Shown piece by piece: positions 44,560 through 58,313 of a stretch of DNA of 64,000 nucleotides (position 1 is its first letter; each line of letters opens with the position of its first letter). The translations under genes and the position numbers were made by a program. This DNA is from the human T2T-CHM13v2.0 reference genome, Homo sapiens: the NCBI RefSeq assembly GCF_009914755.1, contig NC_060926.1. The stretch is one strand, 5' to 3'. The notes beneath the pieces were generated by a model, which made no database searches, was not told the DNA's origin, and was given only the letters and a program-made list of their open reading frames with translations.

Positions 44560-44870
44560 GAAATATTTTGTGAGCTTCTTCTATGTACCAGGAACTGTTC
44601 TAAGTACTGAAGAAATAAGACAAAGTCACAGGCTTTGTGGAGTGGGGGAAGAAAGGGGATAGACAAGGAAATAAAAAGATAATTTCAGAGCCTGTGAAAT
44701 ACTGGGAAGGAAATAAAATATGCAGCAAGATAATGATTGTAGGGATGGAGACAGTGCATTGTTTTAGATGACAGGTGGTCATGGAAGGCTACTTTGAAGA
44801 GATCACATTTGAGCTGAGTCCAGAAACAAACCAATGCAAAGATTGAGGAAAGAACATTATAGAGGAGGAG
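44560..44870 (-). mobile_element. L2 3' fragment
   Basis: ctatgtaccaggaactgttctaagtactg...atttgagctgagtcc. Confidence 0.7.
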
Positions 44871-45004
44871 GCTGTTTATCCATCAGGCAATACAGGCAGT
44901 TTTCATGTTTGAGGGGTGGAGGTAGAAATTGCCTCTTTCACTATTATACCTAAGAATCATCATAACAATAAATACCTAATAATAATAATAAACAATTAAT
45001 TAGC

Positions 45005-48000
45005 CATTCCCTCTCCTTAAAACCTTGGGATGGGTGGGTTTGGAGATCCTGTTGTCTAAGAGAGGATGACTTCTGCCAGGGAACATACGTCACAATTCTG
45101 TTAAATTGGGGGCTGCTGTAGTCCCTGCTTCTGTAGCTGGTCATATGTCCTATGTTGATAATCATTATGTTAATTCTGTGTTCCACCTATTCCATGTTCC
45201 CTTGCCCTCTGCCAGAACTTTGGCTGGTCAGAATTTTTTACTTGGTGGGGTTAATCGAACCTTATGCCTATGGGATACAAATTCTTAGTGATCTTATCTT
45301 TATTCGGTTACCATGATTTCCCACTGATCAGTATTTTTGGGCATAGGACTACTGAAGTGTGTACCACGAAATCCCTGGTTCCCAGACACAGTCTTCCTTG
45401 CCCCTACTATGTGCTGCAGCAACCTGATTTACCCTTGGTAACTGAGGTCAATGGCCTTGCCCAGTACACCTTGCCTGCTAGTGGTATTAGGAGCCCCAAG
45501 GAGTCTCAGCTTCCAATAGAACAGAACAATGTTTGGATATTAACTGTTTTCTTTCCTTCCCTTTTTCTGCTACTTCATATGAAAGGCACCGGTGGTGACT
45601 AACTTCATTTGCTGTGAAGAGATTTCTTTGATGAGAAGCAGTGCTATGTGGGATACCATGAGGGTGGATAAGGCATTCTGTAAGATGGTAGTTTTGATGG
45701 AAGCAATGCAGGCAGAGGAGGAAAATCCAGATCCAGAGTAAGTGATAACTGCAGTAAGGACCAAACACTGCTCATTCCATGAAGAAAGAGGTCCAGTGTA
45801 ACCAACCTGCTACCAGGTAGCTGGCTGATTACTCGGGGAAAGGTGTCATATCGGGGAATCGGTGTTGGTCTCTGCTGGCAGATTGGGCACTTAGTAGTGA
45901 CCACGGTTGGCTTGCCCTTGGGAAGTAGAAACCCTTGTTGCTGGGCCCATGCATACCCCCATACTGCCATCATGGTCACTTTGTTCATGAGCCCACGGGG
46001 TGATGACAGGGGTGTTTGGGGAAAGAGGCTGACTGGTATCTGTAGAACAGGTCATCTTATCCACTTGATTATCAAAATCCTCTTCTGCTGAGGTCACCCT
46101 TTGATGAGCATTCATATGAGACAAAAATATTTTTACACATTTTTGCCCATTGAGAGAGATCTATTCATATACCTCTCCCCAAATTTGTTACCAATTTTCT
46201 AATCATGTTCCTCTTAAGCTCTTGAGCATCCAGATAAACCATTAGCTACAGCCATTCACATTGTACATAGTTGTACATCTGGCCATGTTTCTTGCTAAGC
46301 AAAGTGCACAACCAGGTATTCTTCTTACTGGACAGATTTCCCTTCACCACTGTCCTTCAGGGATATCTTACAAAAAGGCACTCAGTAAATAGTGAGAATA
46401 ACACACCCAAATAAGAAATACATTGCCTCCAAAATCCAAAGAGGCCCAACAGGCATTATGCCTCTTTCTTGGTTGTAGGTGAGGTCAGATGCACCTTGGA
46501 AGGGATATCACAACATGCCCCACAACACTGGACCCCTAGAAATTTCACTGAGGTAGAAGGCCCCTGAATTTTTGTCAGATTTATTTTCTACCCTCTTATA
46601 TGCAAATGTCTTATCAATAAGTGGTAGAGTAGTTGCTACTTCTTGCTCGCTAGGTCCAATCAGCATAATGGTATAATGTAATGAACTACTGTGATATTTA
46701 CCTTTGAGGTAGAACAGTGAAGGTGTATTGCTATCCTTGCCAGTTGAAAGCAAACTGCTTCTGGGGGTCTTCACTAATAGGCATTGAGAAAAATCTGTTT
46801 GACAGATCAATAGCTGCATGAGAAATACCAGGGAATGTGTTACCTTGCTCAAGCAATAAAACCATATCTAGTACAACAGCTGCAGTTAGAGTCATCACTT
46901 GCTCAAGTTTATGATTATCCACTGTCATTCTCCAGGATCCATCTGTCTTCTGTACAGGACAAATAGGAAAAATGAATGGGGATGTGGTAGGAGTCATCAC
47001 CTCCGCATCTTTCAAGTCCTTAATGGTGGTGCTAATCTCTGAAATCTCTCTAGGGATGTGGTATTGCTTTTGGCTTACTACTTTCCTAGGTATGGGTAGT
47101 TCTAGTGGCTTCTGTTTGGCCTTTTCCACCATAATAGCCCTTACTCCAGAGTTCAGGGAACTAATGTGGGGATTCTGCCAGTTGCTGAGTATGTCTATTC
47201 CAAATACGCATTCCAAAATGGAGAAAAAAACCACAGGATGGCTTTGGGCACCCACTGGACACACTGTGAGATAGGCCTGAATTAAACTGATTTCTCCTAA
47301 GCCCCTAGCCTGACTAGTGGGCTACAGTGACTTTTGGATCTCCTGGAATTAATGTCAGTTCAGAGCCTATGTCTGGTAATTCCCAAAAGATCTGATTATT
47401 TCCTTTTCCCAAATTCACAGTTCCCTTGGTAAAAGGCCATGGATCCCTTTGGGGTAGGCTGAGAGAAATATTATTAATTTTTGGCAGTGTATCAAGGTCT
47501 TTCTTCAAGAGTACCTGGCTTCCCCTTCATTTAAGGGGTTCTGGGTCTGTAAACCAGTTAAGTCTGGGAATCAATTGAGTGGCTGTGACTCTTTTTATGG
47601 TTCAAGTTTGACTTTTATTCAGTTGACGTAGAACTTTTCTGCTTATACAGATCAAGTAAGAACTTAGTAGGCATCCTAACTATTTCACTTCTATAAACAC
47701 CATGATCAAATAGCCAATGCCATAGGTCTGTGTGAGCCATGTTATTTTAACTGCTGCTTCGACTCTGCTGTTCATTCTGGTAATCATGCCTACCATGCCT
47801 TTGGGGGTTGAATGCTGCCACTTGGCCCCTCCCATCCCAGAATCGAATTATTCCCATTGCATTTAGGTTTCCCAGTTCAGTAACTGCAGTTCCCATTGTG
47901 AAATCTGGCCTATGGAAAAGAGCAATCACAGAGCTCTTCAAGGATGCTGGGGCTCCGTTCACAAACTTATTTCTTTTAATTGTGATGAAAGATATGTTTA

Positions 48001-48745
48001 CTGGACCATTCTAGGATGGGTTAGTAGGTCTTAAATGAAAAATCCACTCCAACATTCCAATTTTCCTAAGCCTTTCAACCCCTTCCTCTACATTAAACTG
48101 AGGGATATGGGGCATTTCAAATTTGCTAATGGTGGGCTATCTTTTGATCCATGTTTCAGCCAACCAGTCAACCAACCAACCAGTCAAACAATTATAGCCC
48201 TTTCTAAGTCCCCAAGCTGAAACATTAAACACAGAATCTCTGGTTAGTGAGCCCATATCAACAAATTTGACCTGATCTTATTTCATGTTCCTTCCACCAT
48301 TATTCCATACCCTTAATATTCCTTTCCACACATGTTCCATGGATTTCTGTCTGTGTAAGTTAGAAAACCTAAGTACTGTAGTTCTTTTGAAGTACAGCAC
48401 ACCTTGTCATGGGCCACACTTTGTACCTCATCTTTAGATGCCTGCTGGGACTTGAGTTTAATTATAGGTCTAGAAGCAAAGAGGAGTCGGGGTCGGGGGG
48501 TGGGGGGGTGGGGGGGGTGGGAAGAGGAGGGTGGGGGGTGAGTGGTGAGAAGACTCAGCATTGTCTTGCATGGCAACTGCCTCAGGGGAGGTCATTATAC
48601 TTTTCTCAGGCACTGCAGGGTTAATCTCCTCAGATAAGAGTGGAGAGGACAAAAACTCACCAAAACTTAGAGGCTTAATGTCCCCAGCTTTATCACTGTC
48701 TTCTTACTTATGGCTATTGTAACATTCAGGATCCCCTTCCTTCTC
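45005..48745 (-). mobile_element. ERV-L internal region (gag-pro-RT-RNaseH-IN-dUTPase remnants), degraded, with internal deletions
   Basis: ORF 46731-47264 encodes ERV-L pol-like PTTSPF..PVQKTDGSWRMTVD..AAIDLSN.FF..QKQFAF.WQG; ORFs at 45644-46124 carry RNaseH/integrase zinc-finger remnants (HMNAH, CPICQQ). Confidence 0.9.
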
Positions 48746-48754
48746 AATCAGTCC

Positions 48755-49320
48755 AATCCAAGAACTGCATATATTGGTCTGGAGCACAAGGAATAGTCAG
48801 GCTAGAGATATAAATTTGTGATTCATTAACATATGGATAGTATTTAAAGATATGAAACTAAATACCCAATCCCTACTTTCCCTCAGAAGAGACTGTAGAT
48901 GGAGAAAAGGCCTGAAGACCTAACTAGAAGGGTTTCTAAACTTTCATATTCAGATATATACTATTTCTCTGGAAAGGAGAATTAAAATGATGATTTTCAA
49001 TACAAACCGCTTGTTTCTCACTAATCCACTTACTATCCAAATAATTTCTAGAGCCCACTATGTGCCAGGAAATGGTCTAGGTACTAGGGATAACATAGTG
49101 AACACTACATAGTTCCAGCTCTTAGGTACCTCTATTCTGGTAGAAATGACAGACAATAAAAAACTCCAAACAAACAAATATGTAACCAAATGTCAAGTAG
49201 TGATAGATACTATGAAGAAAAAGCCAGATAAGGGGATAGAAAGTGATGGATTGGAGGGGATATTTTAAATAGGGCAGTTGGAGAAGGTGTTTCTTAAAAA
49301 GTGTGGAGACAAAGTAAGAG
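48755..49320 (-). mobile_element. L2 fragments
   Basis: ggctagagatataaatttgtgattcattaacatatggatag; gagcccactatgtgccagg. Confidence 0.7.
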
Positions 49321-49897
49321 CTAGCTATGTAAATGTCTAGAGAATGAAACAGAGTTGGGTATGGCAGGCAAGGAAGAATGGAAGGAACCGATAGAATGAA
49401 AAGCTAAGGGTCTGATCTGTAAGGGTGGGTAGGGAGAGAAAAAAGAGAGTGACGGAGAGAGGAAACTGGAGAGGTGGGAGGAAAGGAGGAAGAAAAGAGG
49501 TATAGATAAGCCAAACGGGCTGGGGCTTTTAAGGGTTAGAAAATAGACATTGAGCAACTATGGGGGCATTAAGAACCAGAAGAGATTCCTAGAAGTAGTG
49601 CTGAAGGTTATAAATTGTTTTTTGCTTCTGCTCTTTTTCAGATATAAATAGAAGTGGAAACAATTTTTTGAATGACTTATGGCCATTGGCCTGTATTTCT
49701 TTTTAATGCAACACTCCACTGAAAGTGGGCCATATGGTTTATATTTGAGTTATATTTAAGAAACATTAAATTTATGTTTCACATTACCTGCAGGAAAGTG
49801 AATACAGATATCTTGCATAGTAGCCTTTTCTCCCTTCAGGGAACATATTCAGCTAAGTCCATAAAATAGATATACATAACATCTGTACAGTATATAG

Positions 49898-52800
49898 TGT
49901 GATAGTTGTCAGAATCAAAATGGAGTTGCTGTGCCAAAAAAAAAAACCCTCTGCCAAACTGAGCTGGGGAAGGACATGAAGAGAGGATTCTCATTCATAA
50001 ATGCCAGAAAACAAAAACTATCGCAAAAGACTGCAAAAACTGCAACCTTGCACAAGCTTCTGCTAGGACCTCTGCTCAGCAGCTGCCTGTCCAACCTTGG
50101 ACTGGTGTCACTCTTGTTATTAATCCTTGTAGCCAAAGATATTATCTCAAAACAATTAGGTAATCCTCATTTTTTCTTTAAAAATCTTTGTTTTCCTTTA
50201 CCTTCTGAATATGCAATAGTTTACTATGGCACATGTATTCCCATTGGAATGCAATTACTTATTCCCAAATTCATATCATATTTTTAAGAAAGCTTCTCTC
50301 TGATTGCCATTTAAGTTGATATAAATGGCATCCAGAAGTGGGACCTGAGAAAGGATCACTATCAGAAGGAACAGGTGATTTCTGGGGCTGGTATGCCGTT
50401 CTCATTTGAGACCTTTGAGCTTTCTGCTTCCGTGGCTCACTTCTGCCCTGGTAAGTCTTTTCTCAGGCTGAGCTTCCCTCTTTTTGGTAGAAACTCTTGA
50501 TTTTATTCAGGATTTGGTTTGGTTACAAGACCACCTTACATAAAAGACCTTACATGCCTCCTACAATAATAAGATATATATATATATATATATGTATTTC
50601 TGACAAGTCATTTTTGGTATAAAAGGCAAGTGTCCTTTTGTTTTGAGTAATCTTGTTTCTGTGGAGTTTACATTCTGTCTTTGAGGCACATCTTACCCAG
50701 TGAATTTACTTTTGGTTTTTCTGTATGCCTAATTGAATATTTTGTTTCATCTGCACACCTGGGTTAACATTTTTGTGAATACTTTTATCTTAATTTCATT
50801 TTAGCTTGGTTATGTGCATCTGTAAATTATTTCACTCCTTTCCCTTGCTTGCTTCTAAAAATCTTCCAAGAGCAAAAATAAACATCTTAAATGGTGTGTG
50901 CTGGATGGCTAATTAAAAGCCCCTAGTGAGTTGCCACCATCTAAAACATCAGTCCAATCCTATAACAGGATTTATAGGATGTTCTTTACTCATCAGAGAT
51001 TGATAAGAAACAGAATGGGATCCTCAAACATTAAGGTATACGAGGTCTTCTGGGACCCCAGCCAGCTATATTATGGCCCATACTTAACGCACGTTTCTAA
51101 ATGGCCTATACTTGTGCACATTTCTAAACTGATGAGCAAATTACATCAGGGAAGATTCAGAGCCCAAATGGTCATTGTTCAAACTGTCTAAAAACCTCTA
51201 GAACTATATGGTTAACACATAGAGCTTTCCAAGTTATCTTTCTCTATTTTTTTTTCTGCCTATTTTGAATATGCTGACTTTTCTACAAGTGCTGAAATAA
51301 AACTTAGTGATTGTGGCATTCTAGACAACATTAAAAAAAAAAACCTTAGAGGGCTTTCAAATTAATGACTTTAAAAATTACAACAGCTTCATGGTAACCA
51401 ACAGTCTAAACCTAAGAGCAATCCCTTTTAATGTACATTTAGGTGTGTCTGACTAACGATTGCTTAGGGCAGTGGAGCAGTTAATTGAAGGATTGATAGT
51501 CCGTAACTACATAAATGTATATAAAACGTAGGCTCTCAGATCAAACAGGTCAAAATCTCGAGCTCAGAGCAATAAAATAAGGTGTCTCCGTTTGGCATAA
51601 ATATTTCATTGCCTGACATGCAGGGGCCAAAAAGAAAAAGCCAAAAAAAAAAAAACCTTGCTAAAATGCTTCTCCACCCACATTAACTAGTCAAGCAAAC
51701 AAGAAGAGCAAATGAAAAGAGCGATTTGTTACTAAAAATTCAAGGCCACTTGGAGATCCGTTTTTCTCGTACAATTCAGCCAGTTCCAGCTAAAATGCAA
51801 ACATTGAAAATTTAACCCTAAACTTATTTGAAACTAAAAAAGGGATAAAATTTTTTTTTTTTTAATAAATCAAACTACTACAGAAACTGCTTTACCCAAA
51901 ATTTTGGTCCATAAACTTCATTAGATTACTTATCAGGAGAAATAATAGTTTTAGTTACATAAATGGGTTACATTTTATCAGGAAAGTAATATAGATCCAA
52001 TTGTCTTTTATAAACCAGTGACTTTGTATGTTTCACTGTCTTGTGACTAAAATTCTAAAACGAAAGCTATAAGATCTTTGTGTATATATGTGTTTAGGTA
52101 TGTTTATGCATATGTGTATATATCATGTTATATGTTGTGTCTATATTTTAAAATCTAGTATGGTCAGACAGAAATCCCTTAGGAAATTCTATTCAGATTG
52201 GCTTAGATAAATGGAGCACTCATATAAAATATATGGTAATTAACCCAAATGCCTTTTAGTTCATGTGACTTAAGCAAATCTTTAAATAAGCTAGTTTTAA
52301 AATCATTGGTAAAATAAAAATAAAAATGTCTTCAAAATTGTCTGTATACATTTTTCCCAGGGTCTACTGGTCAGACAGTTTCATATTTGTCTCTGCTAGA
52401 TGTTTTAAGGTGTCAAGGTTTGACACAAAGGTTATAAGACTAAACCCAGCCTAAAACAGAATGATCTTTGTTTGTGTAATTGCTTGATAAGACTAATTTA
52501 ATATTGTTGGCTTAATAAAAACAGCTGTATTTATCAGTAAAATATCCATATATTTAACTTTAAGATTCTTATTTAGGTGAGCACCTGATATTCACAGGCT
52601 AAACAATGGTTAACAGGAAAATAACTTGAAATGATGACTAGAGCTTTTCCTAATATCTCAGTTTTCATAAGTAATTTTCATAAAATTGTTAAAAATAAAT
52701 AAATTAGGTAATTTGAAAGAGGTAAATGTTTATAAATAAATTTTCATATAATTTGAGATTTTAAAGTTATTTTATGTGGAATTAATAGACATAAATTACA

Positions 52801-54423
52801 TGTCTGGATGAAAATTTCCAAATAAATTAAACCAATAAAAATCTGTTTTCTCTTTATAGCTGGCAACGTTAGTTATATTACCAAGGCTTTGACTGGAATA
52901 TCATATTTGAAAATGCACATAGAATGCCTGGCTTCAAGGGTTTTCAGCATTAAAGTGAATAGATTAAAAATTTCACTTCCTGACAGGTCCAGGAACCTTA
53001 AGACTATAGATGAAATCTAAAGTCTGCTTTGGCTTGGCTTCCTAGCCTCAAGAGGTTTTTAAATCTGAGATTCCTAAGTGACCAATTTAGAAAGAAAACG
53101 TTATGTTTCCAAAGGAGAGTTATAATACACCTGTTATTAGATTGTAGCTCTGTGTATTATTTCAAGTCCTTGTTATCAACCTATAAACTAGACTAGATCA
53201 TGAATTCTTCCAGATCCCTCCAATTCAACTTTTTTTCCCGTGAAATTATTAAAAACTGAACCTCTGTTCCTGAAGCTTCATAAGCTGAAACTAGATGAAT
53301 TTCAAGAAACAAGTCTCATGCCTGATGTAAGGGTCCCAGAAAAAGTTCACCAAACTCTCCAATTCCTTAAACGGACATATTTAAACTGAAAACCAGGACA
53401 AGAGGTTGAAGTTTTTACACCATAGAGAACTTTTCCGAAGATGTCAGAACAAGATTCCATATTATGATGAGTCTCTTACCCCTCTTAATGTCTACCTTTT
53501 TCTTTCGGCAGGATAATGGTCATTTGATTTACTCGATTGGTTGCCTGTAAGCATAGGTTTCATGGCTTTAAACTACATGCAAACTGGGATTGTCATATTA
53601 CTATTAATCTTACTTTGAATTTCCCTTTCTCGAATTTTGTATCTGTTACTCATTACATTTTTTCAGAAATACAACTTCTAACAGAATAATGCTGTCCCAG
53701 CACTTTGAAGTGACAGCCAAAGGCTACAAAACAGACAAAATTGAACTTAATAATGGACTCCTGGTAGACTTAGCCTGAGAGGCTCTCCCTTCAAACCTTC
53801 TTTGTTGCTCAAATGTGGCTTTAAAAGGGCTTTAACGCTGATTCCCAGCTGCCATTCACACCCTCCTATACGAGATCAGACCAGCAACCTGCACCAGATC
53901 CAGCCAGGCCAGGCACTGAGGGATATCAAAATCTAAATATAGGATAATTGATCAGTGATGTTTTTGGAGAAAGATATTGATCAAAAAGGGGGAAATGTAA
54001 AAGTTGTCAGAATAAAAATAGAGTAACTCATGTTAAAAAAACAACCCTGACAAATAGAGCTGGGAAAAAAATAATGAAGAGAAGATTCTCATTCATAAAT
54101 GCCTAATAACAAAAACTATCATGAAAGACTTTGCAAAAACCAGAACCTTGCACAAAAAAATAATTCTTTAAAGACATTTGCCGAATAAGTGCCTACCCAA
54201 CCTTGGACTAGTGCCACCATTGTTATTGATCCTTGTAGCCAAGGATAATTATCTTAAAACAATTATCTAATCCTCCTCAATTTTCCTTTACAAACCTTTG
54301 TCTTCCTTTACCTCCCTGAATATGCACATAGTTTACAATGGCACATGTATTTCCATTGCAATGCTCTATTTCTGAATAAATATCATTTTCTTTCAGAGAG
54401 CCCTCCTGTTATGTAGGTAAACA
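49898..54423 (+). mobile_element. Non-autonomous ERV1 (MER4-group-like) provirus with two LTRs (49898-50321 and 53996-54423)
   Basis: Homologous LTRs starting tgt(g/a)a.agttgtcagaat; PBS-like tggcatccagaagtggga at 50326-50343 (resembles tRNA-Leu PBS); polypurine tract aaaaagggggaaa at 53983-53995; TSD atag/atac; AT-rich non-coding interior. Confidence 0.88.
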
Positions 54424-54614
54424 ATACTATATGGTAAGTATCCACACAATTTATATAATTACTTGTATCCAATAATGTTCAATCCATGTCAAAGCATATT
54501 TATTTCAAGACTGTTGCTCCTCTGAAAACTCTTGATTTTATGAAGAATAATATAAATTAAGTTTTTAGTTGTTTACTTCCTTTATTAGTGTGTAAAGTTC
54601 CTTAGGAAGTGACT

Positions 54615-54912
54615 TTGGTTTGTTTTCTTTTTGAGACAGAGTCTCACTCTGTTGCCCAGGTTGGAGTGTAGTGGCATGATCTCAGCTCACTGCAAACTCT
54701 ACTTCCTGGGTTCAAGCAATTCTTGTGCCTCAGCCTTCCAAGTAGCTGAGATTACAGGCGTGCACCACCATGCCTGGCTAATTTTTATATTTTTAATAGA
54801 GACGGGGTTTCACCATGTTGGCCAGGGTGGTCTCAAAATCCCAACCTCAGGTGATCTGCCCGCCTCGGCCTCCCAAAAGTGCTGGGATTACAGATGTGAG
54901 CCACTGTGCCTG
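54615..54912 (-). mobile_element. AluSz-like, inserted in an L2 3' end
   Basis: Antisense Alu; L2 tail continues after it (gtgcttagaatagtacctagcacataataggtgttcaataa). Confidence 0.93.
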
Positions 54913-55096
54913 TTTTGTTTTGCTCACTGCCTTATCGCAAGTGCTTAGAATAGTACCTAGCACATAATAGGTGTTCAATAAATTTTCAATAAATGAATTA
55001 GTGAGTGAAGTATAATGAACCTACTAGTCAAGCCACCTTGACCTTCCAACCAGAAAACTCTGGAAATATATGTGAATTTAGACTCATTGAAAGTAG

Positions 55097-55408
<312 letters not shown>

Positions 55409-55866
55409 ACTATGGTATTTTTTAATAGTAATTACTTTGTAGCACTTTTTCTTATAGTAACATTTATTTTAGTGCTACAAGTGGGAAATAATCCTTATTC
55501 CAATAGCAATACCTATTTAATCTCCATAAACACTTAGGTTAAAAAAATAGCAAAGATAAACCAACAAAAAAGTATTCATTTTCCTCCCAAAACAGAAAAA
55601 TGATCAGTAACTTTAGGTTGTTTTACTTAGTAATGTATTTAGCAAGGAAGGTACGAATGTATCATAGGCATAAACACGCAACTAGATTTGTACTTCTGGT
55701 TTCAGTGATAAATCCACAAGAACGGTGGTAAATGATAGGTGTTTTAGCATCTTGGGCTCACCTCTCTTGAAGAAACATTTCTCTTCAGGGTTAAATTAAG
55801 ACTGTGTATTTTATTGGATGACCATGAACACATCACAGCAAATCTAACTTGAGGTATTTACTGGTG

Positions 55867-55976
55867 CTTGTTTAGATGCTGAAGGCAATGCATTAGGAAC
55901 TGATGGTGACTGATTCTTATCCAATCAGTTCCTGATGCAGTATCTGCGACATCAAAAACTATGTAATAATTATACT
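55867..55976 (-). ncRNA. MIR217: microRNA 217 precursor hairpin (miR-217-5p at 55920-55942; 3p arm ~55884-55905)
   Basis: + strand tccaatcagttcctgatgcagta is the exact reverse complement of miR-217-5p UACUGCAUCAGGAACUGAUUGGA; the arms pair to form a long hairpin; a CNNC motif (CACC, 55863-55866) lies ~17-18 nt past the 3p arm. Confidence 0.98.
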
Positions 55977-56251
55977 AAATATCATTTATTTCCAAATGCA
56001 ACAACTTTATTCTCTTTTGTTCCTTCATATGAAATTTGCAATTTAAAAAACTCTTTTTAATGTCACTTAATAAAGCAATCTAAAGTCATACTAACAAATA
56101 ATTTTCCCAATTTACCAAGAGAGATATATTACAATATAACGTGTATGACTAACTTAGCACAGACATTTATTTCATGGCAAACTATTGTGCTAGTGTGAAT
56201 AAGCATTTATAAAGGGTTTTTTAAAAATACCTTTTAAAATTCTATATCTAA

Positions 56252-56584
<333 letters not shown>

Positions 56585-56744
56585 TAAGCCACTCAGTCTT
56601 GTTTTTAAATGATAATTTAAAAAATATTAAAGCCCTCAAGTGGATTTGAATGAGAAAATTCTGATGAATTGTTTAATTTTAGATTCATTGATTAGGATAA
56701 ACTGTATTTCATTTTCAAGATAAGTTTATTATGTTTTCCTCCCT

Positions 56745-56805
56745 GCCAGCTTTATTGAGGTATAATTGGTATACAGAATCTTCATGTATATAATCTGGTA
56801 AGTTT

Positions 56806-56873
<68 letters not shown>

Positions 56874-56935
56874 TGATATTAGCATTATCACAATCAAGGT
56901 AATAAACATATTCATCACTTCCAAAAGTTTTCTTG
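56745..56935 (-). mobile_element. L1M(B-like) 3' end carrying a (TA)n(CA)n microsatellite at 56810-56873
   Basis: agctttattgaggtataattg...cacaatcaaggtaataaacatattcatcacttcc. Confidence 0.8.
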
Positions 56936-58144
56936 TTTATTATATTACTTTAACCACACTAGAATTCTAGCTCACTGAAATGATAAAGTTAGATTTAGAA
57001 TTAGTACATATGGGAGGCATGTAACAACTTGAAGAATGTGGTGGCCAAACCTATAATTCTGAGAGTGTTACAGGTTTTCTACCTTATTAATAATTTTGCT
57101 AGTCATCTTTTGGAGAATCTCTCATTAGAAAATTCTAGTTGATCCTCTAGAATGCCTCCAAATATAGAATGAATGAAGGACTCTAATATTACTTAGCAAA
57201 TTCATCATTCTGTCCAGTGGGACTCCAGTTTACATGGGCTATTTTGGACATAAGGGGTAGGAAATAATTGGGTAGGGGATTCAGAAGTAGAATAGAGGTG
57301 GAGCTGAGAGGTGAAGATCATAGAAATGGAGACTGAAGAATCCACTTTTGGCTTTCTGTCTCATTTATCTGGATTCCAAATAGGCTTGAGAGTTAAGGTT
57401 AATCATATTTTCATTTTACAGATAGTGAAAATTTGGAGTACATTAAAGTATCTTAGGGACATAATTTCTAGCTTATTGTTTCTCTCTCTAGAGGTCTTAT
57501 ATGTGATCAAATACAGTATCTCAATTGTTTACCAGACATTTCCCTAAAATCTGTATATCTTTTCTAAAGAGTATTCAAATGAAGCCAAAGACTTGTAAGC
57601 AGAGTGGTCTTAGAAAACCTAAAGACTCCTTACTGGAGAAGGAACCCCAGGAGGAGCACCTGAGAAGCCAGTTCATCATGATGTTCCCCTCTAGTTAGTA
57701 TTGTCTCTCTGTAGTTATAGTTTCTGAGTTTTGCAGCAAGATTTGACAGATTAGGGACTTGGGTTAACAACTCTTGTGGTGATTGGGAAACCAGTTTGTA
57801 TTGTGTCATTTGTGTGCTGGGATGAATTGTGATAAGATAGTGAAAGTAGGTGAAGAATAGGCTTTCTTAAGATTTGATTGTTGCAAATATGCTCTATGTG
57901 ATCTTCCTCAGGTAGTGTCATTAATTAAAAATAACAGGGCAGGAGCCTTGTCATAATTTTAGGCTTCTTTTGGCTATTATCTGGAGTGTCCAGCATAAGA
58001 CTGCAAGTTTTAAAGTCCCAAGGACTGGGATGCAGTTGGCTGGGATGACTGGATATTAAAATGTCATTTTTCCTTACAAACTACTGCAGGGAATCAGATG
58101 GGGAAGGAGAGATTCATCAAGGTGGGTGAAAAGGTCCTCTAGGC

Positions 58145-58313
58145 CAGTGGCTCTCAAAGTTGAGCAATAATCCACAGGCTTGTTAAAATATAGATTGCTG
58201 AGACCCACACCTAGAGTCTCTGATTTAGTAAATCTGGGATGGGGCCCAAGAATTGGCATTTTTAACAACTTCTCTAGTGATATGGTCCAGGGGCCATAAT
58301 TTTAGAACCAGTG
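58145..58313. mobile_element. MER5A
   Basis: cagtggctctcaaagt...ctgatttagtaaatctgggatggggcccaagaatt...gaaccagtg. Confidence 0.8.

Noticed and set aside
46731-47264. 177-aa RT-like ORF as a possible domesticated gene
   Set aside because: Fragment of ERV-L pol among frameshifts, stops and deletions; the frame ends before the YxDD catalytic motif
55867-55976. Long hairpin first noticed as a possibly novel structured RNA
   Set aside because: It is the known MIR217 precursor
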